Shown here one piece after another: positions 61,782 to 64,000 of a stretch of DNA of 64,000 bases. This DNA comes from a virus. Made by a program: the position numbers and the translations under genes. The DNA lies in IMG/VR virus record IMGVR_UViG_3300034375_003182, positions 18,756 to 82,755 of that record; one strand, written 5' to 3'. Positions within the stretch are counted from its first letter, which is position 1. Every line of letters starts with the position of its first letter. The notes beneath the pieces were generated by a model. The model made no database searches, was not told the DNA's origin, and was given only the letters and a program-made list of their open reading frames with translations.

Positions 61782-62031
61782 TATCTTGTGCTTTCCATTT
61801 GTTTATAGGACATGTAGTTGTTTTCCATTTTGCTTTATGCTCTATCAAACATCCGCACTTACCACACCTCATTTTATCTCTTACCAAGTATTCACAACTG
61901 TTACAGTCAGATAACCTTTGTGTGTAATCTGTTTCAGACACATTAGGTGACCCGTTTGCTACATACTTAGTAAGATCTCTACTAAAACTTTTTGCCATTT
62001 GCCATAAACTTGGCATTTCATCTTTACTCAT
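61732..62031 (-). CDS. Cys-rich putative Zn-binding protein (DUF6171-like)
   Basis: RL..C..C......RC..CGC...KA......CP..KW. Confidence 0.65.
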   Translation of the reverse strand: MSKDEMPSLWQMAKSFSRDLTKYVANGSPNVSETDYTQRLSDCNSCEYLVRDKMRCGKCGCLIEHKAKWKTTTCPINKWKAQDNGEVKKGDNTNTSDKV

Positions 62032-62356
62032 TCCAATTTATATTTACTTCTACCTTTACAGTTTCTAAATCTAGTAATCTATTAAGTATATAGTTCTTAT
62101 TCTCTTTACGTATAGCTTTTTTGTCTTTCATCTTCTTTACGTAGTTATTCAAAGTGTTAAAGTCAGACAAGCCTAGTACTTTTGCAGCTTCCTTCTTAAC
62201 TTTTGCAGAGCATATACTAGGATCTTCTAATACCTTAGCAGTATCAACAAGTGCTGACAAAACTCTAAGCTCTGTGGATGTCAGATTAAACACACCATTC
62301 CAGAACTGTAAATACTTAAGTGTAGAGTTTACGTTAATCGTTATCTTCTGTTCCAT
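62024..62356 (-). CDS. Winged-helix / HTH DNA-binding protein
   Basis: LTSTELRVL...KKEAAKVLGL....LNNYVKKMKDKKAI; start revised to ATG 62356. Confidence 0.6.
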   Translation of the reverse strand: MEQKITINVNSTLKYLQFWNGVFNLTSTELRVLSALVDTAKVLEDPSICSAKVKKEAAKVLGLSDFNTLNNYVKKMKDKKAIRKENKNYILNRLLDLETVKVEVNINWNE

Positions 62357-62516
62357 TCGCTTCTTCTTTTTCTTGTAGATAGGCAGCAAGTATAGCTTCG
62401 TACTGCTCTATCTTTAGTTTTTGGTTTTCTAATAATTCATACACAGCATATTCTACCTTCATAGGTTGACCATCTATATATATTCTACGTTTATTCTTTT
62501 TCTTCGCTGCTTTCAT
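62334..62516 (-). CDS. Hypothetical protein
   Basis: 60-aa ORF in an overlapping gene run. Confidence 0.55.
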   Translation of the reverse strand: MKAAKKKNKRRIYIDGQPMKVEYAVYELLENQKLKIEQYEAILAAYLQEKEEANGTEDND

Positions 62517-62682
62517 CTATTACTGTTACTATTAGTGTATACTCATGGTCACCTATTAGGACTTGTATGTCCCATGTACAGTTTATATTTTTTTCTGACC
62601 ACATCTCTAACTTTGTTTCAAATTCATCATACAATCTAAAAAGCTCTTCCCAACTACTCGTCTGAAATTTTGTTTTTATCAT
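62491..62682 (-). CDS. Hypothetical protein
   Basis: 63-aa ORF in an overlapping gene run. Confidence 0.5.
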   Translation of the reverse strand: MIKTKFQTSSWEELFRLYDEFETKLEMWSEKNINCTWDIQVLIGDHEYTLIVTVIDESSEEKE

Positions 62683-62920
62683 CTTTAAATTCTATTGTAG
62701 CTCGACCATCTTCCACAACTATCTGTGCTGTTTTAGATTGTCTGTTAAATTCTTCTATATAACCAACCACATCATCTCTGGTACACAGGAATGATAGGAA
62801 TACAGACATCTCTTTAGCTGCTCTAGCTGTAGAATCACGCAATTCATTTGTTTTTTGCGTATGCTCTATCAACTCTAAGTAGTCGTCTAGATTTATTGTA
62901 ACTGTGCCAGGGAGCTTCAT
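62654..62920 (-). CDS. Hypothetical protein
   Basis: 88-aa ORF, start overlaps GroES stop; TVTI.LDDY.EL pattern. Confidence 0.6.
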   Translation of the reverse strand: MKLPGTVTINLDDYLELIEHTQKTNELRDSTARAAKEMSVFLSFLCTRDDVVGYIEEFNRQSKTAQIVVEDGRATIEFKDDKNKISDE

Positions 62921-63195
62921 TAGAATTTACCTAATACTTGAAACTCACTAACAAACAAATACTGTACTTCATCAATATGAATCAGCATTGCCTCTGTATT
63001 TGGGTCTACCATAATCTTGTCACCCTTTTTACATTGCGTAACTTGCGGGCCTACCGCCAATACTTCTACTATGTTTGTTTGTAATGCTTTTGCAGTTGCA
63101 TCGTCTAAGATAATTCCTGACTCTGTAGTTTTTGAGTCTGGACGTGGTACAACTATCCACGCTCCGAAGGGTTGAAATGTAAATTCCTTTGCCAT
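62920..63195 (-). CDS. groES: Co-chaperonin GroES (Cpn10)
   Basis: FQPFG..IVV......TTESGIIL...VEVLAVGP....KKGDKI...YLFVSEFQVLG; start revised to ATG 63195. Confidence 0.88.
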   Translation of the reverse strand: MAKEFTFQPFGAWIVVPRPDSKTTESGIILDDATAKALQTNIVEVLAVGPQVTQCKKGDKIMVDPNTEAMLIHIDEVQYLFVSEFQVLGKF

Positions 63196-63220
63196 TATTT
63201 CTATAATTTGGTTAATACTG

Positions 63221-63253
63221 CAAAGGTATAACAAAATACTTTATAAATCCAAA
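63221..63253 (-). promoter_or_regulatory. Bacteroidota primary-sigma promoter for groES / late operon
   Basis: TTTG (63250-63253) - 21 nt - TACCTTTG (63221-63228), matching TTTG-N19-21-TAnnTTTG. Confidence 0.8.
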
Positions 63254-63259
63254 TGTTTT

Positions 63260-63540
63260 GTGAAGAACTTCACTAATAGATACACCACACCCCTAGGCGT
63301 TTGACTATTTCAGTTGGAATTTTACCGCTGGCAGTGCTGTCTTTTGGACTACCTAAGGACACTAAAACTGATGTTAATTCATCACACCTACCTCTGTGTA
63401 ATGTGCCCTAACCGTTGGCTATATCCGCCTTTTTAGAAGCTATTGGAGAAAACTCTAACCTTTATTTAAGGTCTACAATCCAACGTCTGACCCCATAACT
63501 ACCTCTCGGCCCTCTGGGGTGATACACGTATTGTGTGCTT
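63260..63540 (-). ncRNA. Candidate structured non-coding RNA / long structured leader
   Basis: No ORF in track, GC-richer than flanks, directly downstream of a consensus promoter, several nested inverted repeats. Confidence 0.5.
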
Positions 63541-63547
63541 CTGAATG

Positions 63548-63578
63548 CAAAACTACTAAAAAATTTTTAACTACCAAA
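63548..63578 (-). promoter_or_regulatory. Second Bacteroidota primary-sigma promoter
   Basis: TTTG (63575-63578) - 19 nt - TAGTTTTG (63548-63555). Confidence 0.75.
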
Positions 63579-63667
63579 ATCTTTGAGAGCGTAGGGGTAT
63601 TATGAAACACACCCCACCTTAAGTAGAGTATTAACAGTACCCCCGGGTACACAAAACTAAATTGATT

Positions 63668-63964
63668 ATGGAAAATATTCCAGGTGTAGTAGTAGGTTCA
63701 GTAGCTCGTTCCTATGAAGGTAACACATACTACAGAGCTACAGCAAAGACAGCAGAAGGACTGATTTCCTTTAAAATAGCAGAGCGTCCTGCTTCAGGAC
63801 AAAATGTATTGCTAGACATTTACAAGAAAGGCACCAAGCTACCATTTGGAGATGGTTCTATTCTTGAGAAAGATTTGGCAGTATGTAAGTTAGATAGCTT
63901 CGATATTGAGGTTGTTAAGACAGCAGACGCGTTGCTAAAAGAGCTAGAGGGTATTACTTTGTAA
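63668..63964 (+). CDS. Hypothetical protein, first gene of the divergent arm
   Basis: 98 aa from ATG 63668 after an A-rich leader; beta-rich, possibly OB-like. Confidence 0.65.
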   Translation: MENIPGVVVGSVARSYEGNTYYRATAKTAEGLISFKIAERPASGQNVLLDIYKKGTKLPFGDGSILEKDLAVCKLDSFDIEVVKTADALLKELEGITL

Positions 63965-64000
63965 TACTCTTTATCTATCTACACAACATTAGTGTGTGAG

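Noticed and set aside
819-62378. Numerous plus-strand ORFs of 60-180 aa in the track
   Set aside because: They are antisense shadows of long minus-strand genes with recognisable motifs and have no protein-like signatures.
707-63195. Stop-codon reassignment (TAG or TGA), common in some Crassvirales
   Set aside because: Giant ORFs are intact in the standard code, and TAG (e.g. terL, muzzle) and TGA (e.g. DUF5675 upstream overlap) act as real stops with tight gene packing.
63260-63500. tmRNA or tRNA (GGGGTCAGACGTTGGATT resembles a tmRNA 5' end)
   Set aside because: No T-arm GTTCGA or matching acceptor stem/CCA at the 3' end; no cloverleaf seen anywhere in the window.

Overview
About 64 kb of a crAss-like bacteriophage (Crassvirales) genome, AT-rich, standard genetic code, probably infecting an aquatic Bacteroidota/Flavobacteriia host (Bacteroidota-type promoters, T9SS signal, Gln at +1 of signal peptides). 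Almost everything is one minus-strand late/structural arm. In transcription order (right to left): GroES, small DNA-binding genes, terminase, portal, an extra 814-aa protein, scaffold-like protein, major capsid protein, ring/hub/fibre proteins, an envelope and lysis region, small basic proteins, tail tubular and muzzle proteins, and four ejected cargo proteins including a 4425-aa virion RNA polymerase. The left edge holds the end of the convergent replication arm (uracil-DNA glycosylase tail, Nmad1/DUF1599-like gene); the right edge starts a divergent arm. Best candidates for undescribed biology: (1) a tightly coupled four-gene host-envelope module (outer-membrane beta-barrel, single-TM coiled coil, CxxC-less exported thioredoxin, Cys-repeat T9SS cargo protein) next to the endolysin; (2) a ~290-nt ORF-free, highly base-paired segment with its own consensus promoter ahead of the late operon (candidate ncRNA); (3) a recurrent xxxGG motif shared by cargo and basic proteins (candidate processing or packaging signal); (4) a DarG-like macrodomain on the C-terminus of the virion RNAP. 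All family assignments come from motif recognition by eye; no database search was run.
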